Below are positions 1 through 11,418 of a stretch of 64,000 nt of DNA, in pieces. The notes under the pieces are model-generated. The model saw only the letters and a program-made list of their open reading frames with translations. It searched no databases and was not told the DNA's origin. Source of the DNA: Octopus sinensis (taxonomy: Eukaryota). The stretch is from NCBI RefSeq assembly GCF_006345805.1, contig NC_042998.1:63922001-63986000 (forward strand), read 5' to 3'. A program made the position numbers and the translations under genes. How positions within the stretch are numbered: the first letter of the stretch is position 1; each line of letters begins with the position of its first letter.

Positions 1-225
1 TGGATATGAGATACGAAGTTTACTTCCAAACCACATGGTTCTGGGTTCTGTCACGCTGTATAACACCATGGGCAAGTGTCTTCTACTATTCTCTCCGGCT
101 AGTTAAAGCCTTGTGAGCGGACTTGTTTCAACGGAAACAGAAAGAAGCCTGTCGTATACACATACATAGACATACGTACACACACACACACACATACACA
201 CACACACGCACACACACACCACACA

Positions 226-292
<67 letters not shown>

Positions 293-510
293 GCGTATAT
301 GTCTATGTCTGTGATTTATCCTCGGCACCACTTCGCAAACCTCGCTGGTGTAATTACGTTTCTGCAGCTTAGCGGTTTGGAAAAATAGACCGATAGAATA
401 AGTACCATGCTTTATATACAAAATTCTGGAGTCCATTCGTTCGACCAATATTCTCCAAGGTAGTATCTCTGCATGGCTGTATCCAATGATTGAAACAATT
501 AAAGTAGAAA
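1..510 (+). mobile_element. SINE type A (tRNA-like head, central (CA/TA)n, CR1-like tail), 5' end cut by window
   Basis: Matches other type A copies: ...gggcaagtgtcttctactat...gaaagaagcctgtcgtata-(microsatellite)-...gaccgatagaataagtac...gcatggctg...tgattgaaac. Confidence 0.85.
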
Positions 511-825
511 GCTTAAAATCTCTCAGACTGAAAGGCTTTATGTCTGTATAGTTTGTGCTAGTGAGGAAAAAACATGAGGATCTATTTTTAGAGTATAATT
601 ATTTCTTTTGAAGTGTATGCACCCATGAACTATTTTTGAATCTTCGATCGCGTTGTTTACATAGACGTATTCGTATACGAAACGTCGTAACTGTTAGTAC
701 GGCTTCTAAATTGTACAGAAAATCTGTAAAGATACACTAAAGAATTTTAACAATGTACTGCTAATACAAAGTAGGACACACTATTCACTTATAAAACTTT
801 ATCATATTTGGTTACAAAATAAATA

Positions 826-1382
826 TATTTGGTTGTCAGGAAAGTTCATGCCGATTTTTAAAGGAAAGAAAAAGGTCAATAAATACTTGCCATTACATTT
901 CTAATTAACCAAATATGAACCATTTTGTTGCACAATACGTCTCCATCTTTCCTTTAACTTGAAAATACCCTCTTCCCAGAATTGTGGTGGTTTCATGGCA
1001 AAAAATTCATCAAGGTATCTTTTACGTCATCCAACAAATTGAAATTTTTACCATTAAGACTATTTTGCAGAGACCTGAATAAGGGGAAATCCGAAGGAGC
1101 AATATCTGGTGAGGTGGGATAACACATCCCAGCCAAGCTGCAGCAATTTTTGTCTTGTTCCCAAAGCCTTAAATGCCGAAAATGAACTTATCTTCCATTT
1201 TAAAGGGTTACAGAATTAACACAGGTTATAGGAACGTAAACCTTCTTCCACGAAAAGATAGCTTAAACTGTTCTCTAAATGGAGATGTAGTCAAATCCTA
1301 TTTTATGGACTCAACCATGTTCTAAGATAAGTCGAAAGGTAAGCTACTATAACTTGGCACGAACTTTCCGGACAACCCAATA
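826..1382 (-). mobile_element. Internally deleted mariner (DD34D-type) element with both TIRs
   Basis: TIRs tatttggttgtcaggaaagttcatgcc (826) and ggcacgaactttccggacaacccaata (ends 1382), TA at both ends. Minus strand 901-1160 translates, with frameshifts, to LLQLGWDVL..SPDIAPSDFPLFRSLQNSLNGKNF...YLDEFFAMKPPQFWEEGIFKLKERWRRIVQQNGSY, a mariner transposase C-terminus. Confidence 0.9.
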
Positions 1383-1787
1383 TTATTGTAGTAAGACCCA
1401 ATATGGCGTGAGTACCAGCAATTGTTAATTATTTATGTTGTACATTGGTTGATTAGTGCCTTGCAATTCAGAAAATTCATACATTCCTCACTTCCCTTAT
1501 ATTTTGTGCGCCAAGTTCTGAATACATAAATTCTTACGTCAAAATTATGAGAAATAAATGAGTCTTCTTCTGCTTTCTTCGTCATGCATTGATTCAGCTT
1601 AATTTGATGTCAACTAAATAGTGTTTTGCTAATGTAATTTAATTTTAATGGTCAAGCGTTCATTAATATAAATGTTATCTATAGAATAACTTTAAGAAAT
1701 CAACAACAAAATATATTTAAAAAATAATGTTAATGAATTACTTACTGAAGAATGTTGCAACACAGCCATTTTATATTTTATTTCGAA

Positions 1788-1971
1788 TTCTTCTTCTTCT
1801 TCTTCTTCTTCTTCTTCTTCTTCTTCTTCTTCTTCTTCTTCTCCTTCTCCTCCTCCTCCTCCTCCTCCTTCTTCTTCTTCTTCTTCTTCTTCTCCTCCTC
1901 CTCCTCCTCCTCCTTCTTCTTCTTCTTCTTCTTCTTCTTCTTCTTCTCCTTCTTCTTCTTCTTCTTCTTTC
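1788..1971. repeat. (TTC)n/(TCC)n compound trinucleotide, pure pyrimidine tract
   Basis: Direct reading; explains the poly-E, poly-L, poly-F and poly-R ORFs. Confidence 0.98.
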
Positions 1972-3660
1972 ACAGCAGCACATTATTCTTTATAGGTACT
2001 TGTTGGCATTATCATTATAACACCAACATTATTTCTTCTTTAAGTATAAGTGTGAAAGCTGAGCCAACAGATAGGAGTAACAACCAGATGAAATTTCCAA
2101 ACGTTTTAAAAGCGCCCGTCTCCAATATCCAAGTTGCTAACACGAGTCATCAGGAGGGCAGCCGGGAATCTTAACTTGGATACAGCGCGGACCCCTTACA
2201 GTGTAAGTAGTTTCGTGAGAGTGTTTTCTTCTGTTCAGCTCCCCTACGAGTTCCTAACTATTAACACAATCTCATCTTTGTAATTATAACTAATGCATCT
2301 TCTTTACACAAGCTGGCTTTAAATTGGTGTATCACTACATTTAAATTCATACAAAAAATTATTTGAGCTGTTTTCTCTAAAGAATGCTTAAGTAATTCTG
2401 TATGCCTATTCCGATAATTTTGTGATGGAAATGATATAGTTAGCAACTATCTTATTTCCATCACAAACCGTTCAGGAAACTCACACAATTTCCTAAGCCT
2501 TCAGTCAGGAAAATGAGAATTATTCGAAATTTTTTTATTTTCTTTTTTGGAAGTATTATTTTTAGGAAAAAATTCGCTCCCCACACTGGTGGTAGCGATA
2601 ATGTATGTAAATGTACCACAATATTTTCGAACGATTGCAATCACATCCGACTGCAATGAAAAGAAAAAAAACAATATCAATCACTCTCTAGGAAGTAAAC
2701 ATTAAACAAGGAGAAAACTACTGTGATGGCTTCTTGATACTAAACAGTAATTTAACGCAAGAATTCACAAAAATAAAGCGAACACACTACCGCTAACAAG
2801 AATAACAAGAGATACAGATATTGTGCACTGTTTACGAATATTATCACAACAAAGAATCAATAATCCTAATTACAAAATACATTCTGATCCGAAATCAACT
2901 GACCATCATTATACGAAAGCACATATTTGCTGGCTTTTTATTTTTAAATTTGAAAACAACAGAAATAAAATGTCATCTACAGATGCATCATCGATAAGAG
3001 GTGATACTTTCAAAAGAAGTATTAGAAAGTGCTATGGTCAATGTATCGTGAAATATCACCTGCACAGGTCAAAGGAAAATTTGCCGAGACATATCTGGTA
3101 ATGAAATGGTGGAATTAGCAGTGACGTCGAGTACGGAAATATATACGACGTTTTGGTACTCTTCAAAGCGGGAGGTTGTTCAGAGCGAATTAGGCGTGGA
3201 ATGACATAAAGTTTGGTAGCAGCAATATGTGCATAAACTTCATAATGGTAATCGGAACCTTGAAGAATATTAGGAGAGTTACATTGCAAAAATGGCAAAG
3301 GAGAGTAATGTTAAAAGCTGAGGATTTTGGTTGGCGGCAAACTGAACTAAAAAGCCACAAACTTTCACGTGATATGAAGCAAAGAAACATATTTTACTCC
3401 ATCTGATTCTTGGAACAATGTGTGAAGATGGTGAACCGTAAATTCAACCATTAAAGATAAATTTCATGCACTCCATATTCAGAAGATTCTCAAAGTTCAC
3501 AAATTGAAATGTATCTCATGGCGGATGCCAAGACATTATTATTATAACTCAGAAAAACCTACTAGTCAGGATAATTTTAAGGCATTCTATCCAATAGCCC
3601 GGTTGCGCTACGTAGGGAACATACACCGTTGCAACACATCATTATAACCACACGTTTCAG

Positions 3661-3771
3661 TTTTTGCTCGAGTCGTTTCGGAAAACCTGCAGAGCGGTGT
3701 CTTTGTCAGTGCCTATCTCCACGAAATACATCGTCATTCGTCGTACCTATTTGATCATATAAATAACCAGA
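3661..3771 (+). CDS. Candidate internal exon (111 nt, phase 1-1), product unknown
   Basis: cgtttcag acceptor and gtaagt donor; only one open frame, xFARVVSENLQSGVFVSAYLHEIHRHSSYLFDHINNQ; no family recognised. Confidence 0.25.
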
Positions 3772-4196
3772 GTAAGTACACTATTGCAGATAGTTAAAAC
3801 ATGCAGCGGGAGTAGATCTTCGTGCACAAGCAACTTCAAGCATACGATCGGCAAGAAATGTCTCACCCTCTACATTGCAAACGGACAATAAATAAAATTG
3901 TTAGAAACCAAGGAGTGTTCTTCTCTTAATAATCCCAGTACAACGTATTCTACGATTGACGTTGAAGCTAAAATTGATGATGGATAAAAAAATCTCCTGA
4001 TGTTTTGCAAGATAGCCATGCCGTTAATGTTTGCTAGAGGCAAATTAATGATCAAGTACAAGGTAAACACGCAAAAAGAAAACGCTGTTGGTAAAGAATT
4101 CGCTGGTGATCTATAGATATCTGAATGATAAAACCCCACGTGAAATTCAGCACTCCATATTTTCCTTCGGGAAAAAACATTCATGGACCAAATACA

Positions 4197-4412
4197 GCGA
4201 GCTGGCAGAACTGTTAGCAGGCTGGACGAAATGCAAAGGGGTATTTCGTTCGTCGCAACATTCTGAGTTCAAATTCAACCGAGGTCGACTTTGCCTTTCA
4301 TCCTTTTGGGTCCATAAATTAAGTACCAGTTAGGCACTGGGTTCGATGTAATCGACATGTCCATTCCCCACACATTTCAGGCCTTGTACTTATGGAAAAA
4401 AGGATTATAATG
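4197..4412 (+). mobile_element. SINE type B, single copy, tail variant 2
   Basis: gagctggcagaa...ttctgagttcaaatt...gaggtcgactttgcctttcatcc...aagtaccag...ggccttgt. Confidence 0.85.
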
Positions 4413-4496
4413 TCATGACTACAATTTGGTTGGAAATGTGGCGTTCATTCCTCCTCAAAGTTGCCTTCCTATTCTTTAAAGAAAAAAAGAAGAAAT

Positions 4497-4772
4497 GGTT
4501 CTCCGTCGGTTACAACGATGAGTGTGCCACTTGGTCCAATCAACAGAATAGCCTACTCGTGAAGTTAACGTATATCTCAGGGAGATTTAGTGTGATACAA
4601 AGTGCGATAAGGCTGGCCCCTTTGAATTGCTAGTATATCACATTTTAATCAGCCGATCGGACTGGAGTTATGAGGAATAAAGTGTGTTGCTCAAGGACAA
4701 CGCAGCGCCGGGAATCGAACTCACGACCTTATGGTCCTGAGTCGAATATCCTAACCCCTAAACCACGCTACC
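4497..4772 (-). mobile_element. SINE type E (tRNA head, ttgtccttgagcaa..cacttta central domain, tail shared with type C)
   Basis: Minus strand reads aggtagcgtggtttaggggttagg...gtgagttcgattcccggcg...ttgtccttgagcaacacacttta...ttcaaaggggccagcctt...gtaaccgacggag. Confidence 0.7.
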
Positions 4773-5131
4773 TATAATATGATTACAGACGCAAATTCCG
4801 TCTTCATATTTGTTTGTTCACTCATTTGTTTTCATGTTTCTAGTTAAACTCTGTAGTACAAAACAGGAAAATATTTCTCACAATATATATTGAATTACGT
4901 CTCGTTATGACGTAAATGTATATTTGTATTTACACCCACGTCCTCAGAGTCACTTTGTAACAAGTTTTACGTGGGTGAATAGCTGTAGATGCAAATAAAA
5001 GATGGTCAGTATGTTTGTGCGTGTGTACGCATCTGTGTATGTGTGATTATTTCTGTGCGTGTGTGTGTGTGCGTGTATGTGAGTGTGTTTGTGAGTGAGT
5101 GTGTGTGTGTGTGTGTGTGCATATTCTTCCA

Positions 5132-5383
5132 TTCTTTTCTTCTTTTACTTGTTTCAGTTATTTGACTGCGGCTATGCTGGAGCACCGCCTGCTGTCGAAC
5201 AAATCGACCCCAGGACTTATTCTTTGTAAGCCTAGTACTTATTCCATGGGTTTGTTTTGCCGAGCCGCTAAGGTACAGGGGTGTAAAGACACGAACATTG
5301 GTTGCCAAACGATGTTGGGGGACAACCACAGACACACAAATACACACACATACACACACACACACACATACACACACACACAT

Positions 5384-5422
<39 letters not shown>

Positions 5423-5595
5423 AAGCTTTATATACGATGGGCTTTCAGTTTCCCTCAAACAAATCCACTAACAATGGTATGGTTGGCCCGAGGCTATAGT
5501 AAAAGATACTCGCCCAAGATGCCAAATAGGGGAACTGAACCTGGAACCATGTGGTTAGGAAGCAACCTTCTTACCATACAACCAATCCTGCGCCT
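5132..5595 (-). mobile_element. SINE type A, full length
   Basis: Head (aggcgcagg...ggtaagaagg...ggttccaggttcagttccc), central (CA)(TA)n, tail ggcggtgctccagcatagccgcagtcaaataactgaaac. Confidence 0.9.
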
Positions 5596-5605
5596 GTATA
5601 TATAT

Positions 5606-5652
<47 letters not shown>

Positions 5653-5699
5653 ATATGTATAATCTCATATTCCCCTTTTTACTTTTTGTCTTGTTTCGA

Positions 5700-6603
5700 C
5701 TTCCACAACTAATTTTTAGGTTAACGAATCCCGTCCGAACGTTTCTGACATTGCAAAACCGCTAGAAGGTAGTCCAAAACCTAGTGTTACATATCTGCAT
5801 AAGCTTAGGTATTATGGACGAGCAGATAGAAGAAAACCTCTCCTTCAAGTAAATAATATCATTAAAAGAAAGAAATCGGCTAGGGAGATGTCAGAAAAAT
5901 CTATTTCATTTTGGGATAGAGTGATTTTCTCAGATGAATCCAGGTTTGCAATATTTTCAGACAGTGGACGTGTTTAGGTGTGGAGGCTTCCCAATAAAGA
6001 ATTTGATTTGAAACGCCTCCAGCCAACTAAGAAACATGGCGGTATCTCTGTAATGGTATGGGGAGCTATCACCAACAATTGTCGTTCTGAGCTGATCGAA
6101 TGTGTTGGAGCTATAAGCTCTGAAAAGTACATTGAAATTCTTAAGGATCGACTACTTCCGATGTATTCACACGAACACCTAACAAAAAATGAGTTTTTAT
6201 TCATGGAAGATGGGGCTCCATGCCGCACAGCAAAAGGAAATCAACACTGGCTGGCTGAAAATGGGATCAAAAAGCTTCCTTGGCCGAGTCAATCTCCTGA
6301 CATGAACCGAATTGAACATTTTTGGAGCATAATAGATAGAGCAATAAGAAAAACTCGACAGAAAACTACATCTAAAGATGAATTGTTTCGATTGTTGCGT
6401 GAAAAGTGGGCAGAAATTCCACAAGAGACAATTACAAAGCTCATTAGTTCAATGCCAAAAAGAGTTTCTGCATTAAACACTGTCAACTAAATACTAAAGC
6501 ATGTTGTCCTACCTATCGATTACATTTCAATTGTTCGCTTTGCGTATTAAATAAAAGATTTTGAAAAATAAAGGTGTCTCTTTACTTCCTGTATGTCTGT
6601 GTA
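5700..6603 (+). mobile_element. Tc1-family transposon remnant (DD34E transposase pseudogene, 5'-truncated)
   Basis: In-frame upstream YYGRADRRKPLL...FWDRVIFSDES; TAG at 5975-5977; ORF 5978-6490 has VMVWGAI, MEDGAPC and [12 protein letters not shown] with 34 residues between D and E; probable right TIR ending ...ctgtgTA at 6603. Confidence 0.92.
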
Positions 6604-6611
6604 TATACAGG

Positions 6612-6652
6612 CACATACACACACACACACAAACACACACGTATATATATAT

Positions 6653-6689
<37 letters not shown>

Positions 6690-6752
6690 ACGCGCGCGCG
6701 CGTGTGTGTGTGTGTGTGCGCGTGTGTGTCCCTGTGTCTGTGTTCGTGTGTG
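6612..6752. repeat. (CA)n(TA)n(TG)n(CG)n(TG)n alternating purine-pyrimidine tract
   Basis: Direct reading, including a cgcgcgcgcgcg core near 6690. Confidence 0.95.
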
Positions 6753-8215
6753 CGCAGGCTTATATATACTTTACTAAAATTGAAGCAATCTTCCCATACA
6801 TGTGAAGTGAAACGGATACGGACCGAAGGAGGGCATGCGATACTTTGGGTGTTATATTTTTATAACTGAGGGCACGGAAAAGGCGCAACCTCAGTTATCG
6901 AGAAATGCCTTCGCGTAAACTGAATTCCACGCCATTTAGTCGTAGGAGCAGAAGGGTCACTGTAAAAGATAACGCAGATGTAAATCATATCAATCTATTC
7001 ACAAAAGCCGGTCGTTACGCATTAAACCTACCTCTAGAAATATCCCCGTCTTTTGAAAATATAACGATCGAACATTCTATATATTCTGATTGAGAAAGCA
7101 TAGAATACATATATTTTATTCATTTATATAACATACAAAGTGTTCGGCTCAGACGAAACTTCTAACCATTGAAATGATAATAATACTATTTCTAGCGAAA
7201 ACTATTATTCCGATCAGTTGTGAAATGTATTCCAAGATAAAATATTTTCATTGTATGAAGTCGTTAGTAGCACTTCTGAGCCCACATGCACCAATATATA
7301 AGTTATAAGAATTGATAAAAGATTTGTAATGAATGAAAGCTGAAGTAACTTTGGAATAAATAGGAGCATCGTATGTGATTCCACACATATGACGTTTGAT
7401 CTTTTGTCATACGTACGACAAAGAGATTTCAAGTTTGCACGTCGTTTCAAGATGGCCCACTAATTTCTATCATCTGCAGAAATGGCAAATAATACCAAAG
7501 AAGCCATTACTAAGAACTCTCATCTTTTGAACTTTAGATAATATTTATCTATTTTTCCGCATGCGAAATATTTTAATGTTGTAAGCTTAGCAATATCGTA
7601 GACAGTTTTAAACAAAGACAGGCTGCTTCTAATTTTAGACACAAAATAGAAATAAGAGTCACGCTAATTGTTGACAGAAGATGTAAAATATATAAACAGT
7701 CAGATTTATCCTGTATTGATACGAACTAAATCTAACGTCCAGTGATCTGCTATTTGTATGTGTTAAAACGTTTAGGCTGAAGTTTTTCTTTAATTTAGCG
7801 TGAATAATAATAAAAATAATTGTAAACAAATGGGATTGCACATTCATATATTCACTATCATTCTATAAAATGTCACACAAACATTCATTATTCACACGCG
7901 CACATACACGCACGCTCGCATACGCGCACAAACACACACATTTATATACTATCCACGTATGTGCGTATGTATGCAGGCATTTATGTTAAGTGGTTCACAA
8001 AATCTTTAGAGCATCGGACAAAATGATGTGCAGTGTTTGTTTCGTTTCGTGACGCTCAGAATTTAAAGTCCATTGACGTCACTTCCGACTTTCCTGCTTC
8101 CGCAATAGATATAACGAAGTAATAGTGAAGTACATGGGTGGCTGGTGTTTTATTTTCCGTATTCTGCCTACATTAGAAACAATGATGTGTTTTTGTGTGC
8201 ACACGTGCGTAACTG

Positions 8216-8276
8216 TCTATGTGTGTATGTATATATGTATGTATGTATGTATGCATGTATGTATCTCCTCTCTATA

Positions 8277-8362
<86 letters not shown>

Positions 8363-8365
8363 GTA
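8216..8365. repeat. (TATG)n and (TA)n microsatellite
   Basis: Direct reading. Confidence 0.95.
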
Positions 8366-8706
8366 CACACAGAAGTTTCGTTAAGCAGAAGTTTATATCA
8401 TTTGTTCCTACGTACGTGTCACCATTGTGGTTGAAACACCGCATTGCATTTTCCTAGTACAAATGGATGCTTCAGTGTGATGGATGTTCAAGACAACACT
8501 TTATTGCATTATGTTACAGAGAGCGAAGTTCGTTCCCCTAGAAATTGGTTGTGGTTAAGCATCCAGTTTCATTTGGGACATCCAGTGCAGAATTCTACTC
8601 TGAAAAATACTTAGGAACAAATAATACAAACTTGCATTTATCGTAATTTCGTAATACCATATTATAAAAAGTCACACAAATATTCATTACGCTTACACAC
8701 ACGTGT

Positions 8707-8755
<49 letters not shown>

Positions 8756-8865
8756 TGTAAACAACCATATATGTATGTTTGCATGTATGTAAATCAGTGG
8801 ATTGTCAGAAACTGTATAACATCAGACAAAATGCATGTCATGACTATTTTTGCTAACAGTCATAA

Positions 8866-9249
8866 TCTCTCTCTATATAAACGGCAGTTTGTCTGTGCGT
8901 TTTCTGTGTGTCTGTTTTCTCGTACCCTCACTCTGACCACGGCTTTCAACCGATTCTGATGAAACTTGACACACACATAGCCCAATGTCATAATTCAAAA
9001 CTAACGCAGCGAAAATTTTGAAAAGTTCCCCCAGTTCTGAAAAAAATCGATAAATTCGACATGGGGTCGAGAATCAGAAACACAAACCACAGACCGTCTA
9101 GGGGACGCAACTCCACCTTTTTTAACTCTCAAAAAAAATTTACCATCATTTTTTTCCCATTTTTTTGCTATTTTTTGGCTATAACTCTCTAAAAATGCTT
9201 TATAGTTATTTCCCTTACAAACCTGAGCAACGCCGGGCGATACTGCTAG
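8866..9249 (+). mobile_element. Non-autonomous Helitron
   Basis: 5' A|TCTCTCTCTATATAAACGGCAG; 3' GC-rich hairpin cctgagcaacgccggg (9222-9237) then CTAG|T; inserted in an AT dinucleotide with no TSD. Confidence 0.85.
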
Positions 9250-10484
9250 TAGTACATAAAAGTCTACACTGGAAGCAAACTAGTTGATGTTAATCTACAT
9301 AAAGCTCTATCTGAAGATTAGCAGTCGCAAATCCATTTGTATACACAAGTTGTACCACATAGACACACGGACACACAGACACACCCTACGCTTTTGTGCG
9401 CATGCGCTTGCATATATGTATATGGCTATGTCTGAGTGCTTCCATTTCCCTCGGTAGAATTTACCAGCTATCAATGCTCGTAAATTATAGAACATTTCTT
9501 TTTTGCCAGAGCTAAATCAAGTATTCTATGAATACTTGTGAAGAATCACATTGCGTTATGAAATAACAAAGTAGGTGTGGAAGATTTTGGTTTGAAAGAT
9601 ATTAATCCGGCTTTGACTAGAATACAATATTAGGTAGCAGTGCTTTAACACTTGTTCAGAAATTTGCAAGGAATAAGTAGAAACTGCCATGTGAAAGTCA
9701 CGAAAGGATACAGTGTATGAACGTCTCGAAAAATTTTCACCAAATCCTGGTAAGTCTTACTAGATTATAACTAAGGAATTTCCTCATTTGTAATACTGTC
9801 TAAGTCGATAGAAGGAAAGCGGATTAATGTAGTCGGAATAGCACATCTTATATGTAGGAATGTATTTACAGTTGTACAGAACTAATAGCGGAAATACGAT
9901 TATCTTAAAGGATTAACTTGTAATAATGATGAATATTAATTAATGAATATCTTCTAGTCATCACTTTCAGTATTGATTAAAGGGAATACCTGTCTTTGGA
10001 GAATGAGATTACAAGTCGCAGATGTAATAGACAAAGACAAATATCTTTATGGACATTGAGTTCAAAGGGTTAAATTTTGTAACGATTTCTCGTTACAATT
10101 ATCAATTATCTGGCCATGTAAACATTTAGAAGAGTTCTCTTGCTTGATCCCGATGGACACATAATCAATATTATACATTAAGCATAATGGACACGCTTAA
10201 AAGCCTTCAGCAAAATTAACTCAAATTCACCTTTGAAGTTACATTATCGCAAATCCAGAGATATAAACACTTGTTTTCTTACTGCTCCAAGATGTTAGTG
10301 GCTTTCACAGTAATCAGACGGATATGTTTTCTAATTGTACAAAATATAAAATCTGGGAACAAGTTAACTATTATCGAGAAATAAAGATGAGAGAATAATT
10401 TCTAACGTCATTTATCCGGTTGTACTGCACTGATTAGATCAACAATATTACTGTCCTCGATACGAAACAACGAAAGTGATATAG

Positions 10485-10640
10485 ATAAAGTTACATTTAA
10501 GAGAGAAAATGATATTTGTTACAAATAATATATTTCTAAAAGTTTGCATAGAGCAAAGTCTATAAACTTATATGTCTCTAAATCTCCCTATCTATTTACA
10601 CACATATATAGAAAAGATTATGTGTTTATGTATGTGTGTA

Positions 10641-10720
<80 letters not shown>

Positions 10721-10775
10721 GATCTATCTATCTATCTATCTATTTCTCTCTCTCCTCTCTCTCTCTCTATATATA

Positions 10776-10850
<75 letters not shown>

Positions 10851-10865
10851 AGATAATAGATAGAT

Positions 10866-10901
<36 letters not shown>

Positions 10902-11044
10902 CACATACATAAACATAATATTTTCTATATACGTGTGTAAATAGATAGGGAGATTTAGAAACATAAGTTTATAGACTTTGCTCTGCAAACTTTTAGAAAT
11001 ATATTATTTGTAACAAATATCATTTTGTCTCTTAAGTGTAACTT

Positions 11045-11047
<3 letters not shown>
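10485..11047. repeat. ~560-bp foldback (long inverted repeat) with a symmetric microsatellite core
   Basis: Unique arms ~10485-10625 and ~10905-11047 are reverse complements with scattered differences; core is (TATC)n(TC)n(TA)n(GA)n(GATA)n. Confidence 0.9.
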
Positions 11048-11130
<83 letters not shown>

Positions 11131-11160
11131 GTGTGTGTGTGTGGTGTGTGTGTGTGTCCT

Positions 11161-11308
11161 TTACTCTTTTACTCGTTTCAGTCATGTGATTGATTGTGGC
11201 CATGCTGGAGCACCGCCTGTAGTCAAGGAAATCAACCCCAGGACTTATTCTTTGTAAGCCTAGTACTTATTCTATCGGTCTCTTTTGCCGAACCGCTAAG
11301 TTACGGGG
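11161..11308 (-). mobile_element. SINE type A, 3' portion only
   Basis: Tail motif ggcggtgctccagcatggcc...gactgaaac on the minus strand. Confidence 0.85.
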
Positions 11309-11317
11309 AAAAATGAT

Positions 11318-11365
11318 CAACCTTAATCGCTTTTCGAAACTTATAGGATTCTCATCAGAAGAGTG
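11318..11365 (-). ncRNA. Minimal hammerhead-like motif (Penelope type)
   Basis: Minus: cactctt CTGATGA GAATC ctataa GTTTC GAAA agcgat TA aggttg. Confidence 0.55.
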
Positions 11366-11379
11366 TACGACATTTTGCT

Positions 11380-11415
<36 letters not shown>

Positions 11416-11418
<3 letters not shown>

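Noticed and set aside
1745-1770. Minus-strand aaaATG GCT GTG TTG CAA CAT TCT TCA|gtaagt as a first exon
   Set aside because: Only 8 codons next to a microsatellite; such matches are expected by chance
2140-2260. Possible type II hammerhead on the minus strand (GAAAC..stem III..GUC..CUGAUGA)
   Set aside because: Stem III is plausible, but stems I and II cannot pair next to the core (C.C at both junctions)
3870-4184. Minus ORF with LYLIINLPLANI, resembling GPCR TM2
   Set aside because: No other GPCR motifs, and the frame is closed by stops on both sides without convincing splice sites
4890-4950. CUGAGGA...GAGAC-GUA on the minus strand
   Set aside because: GAAA is mutated and neither stem I nor stem II pairs convincingly
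8955-8970. CTGATGA inside the Helitron
   Set aside because: No stem II or downstream GAAA in register
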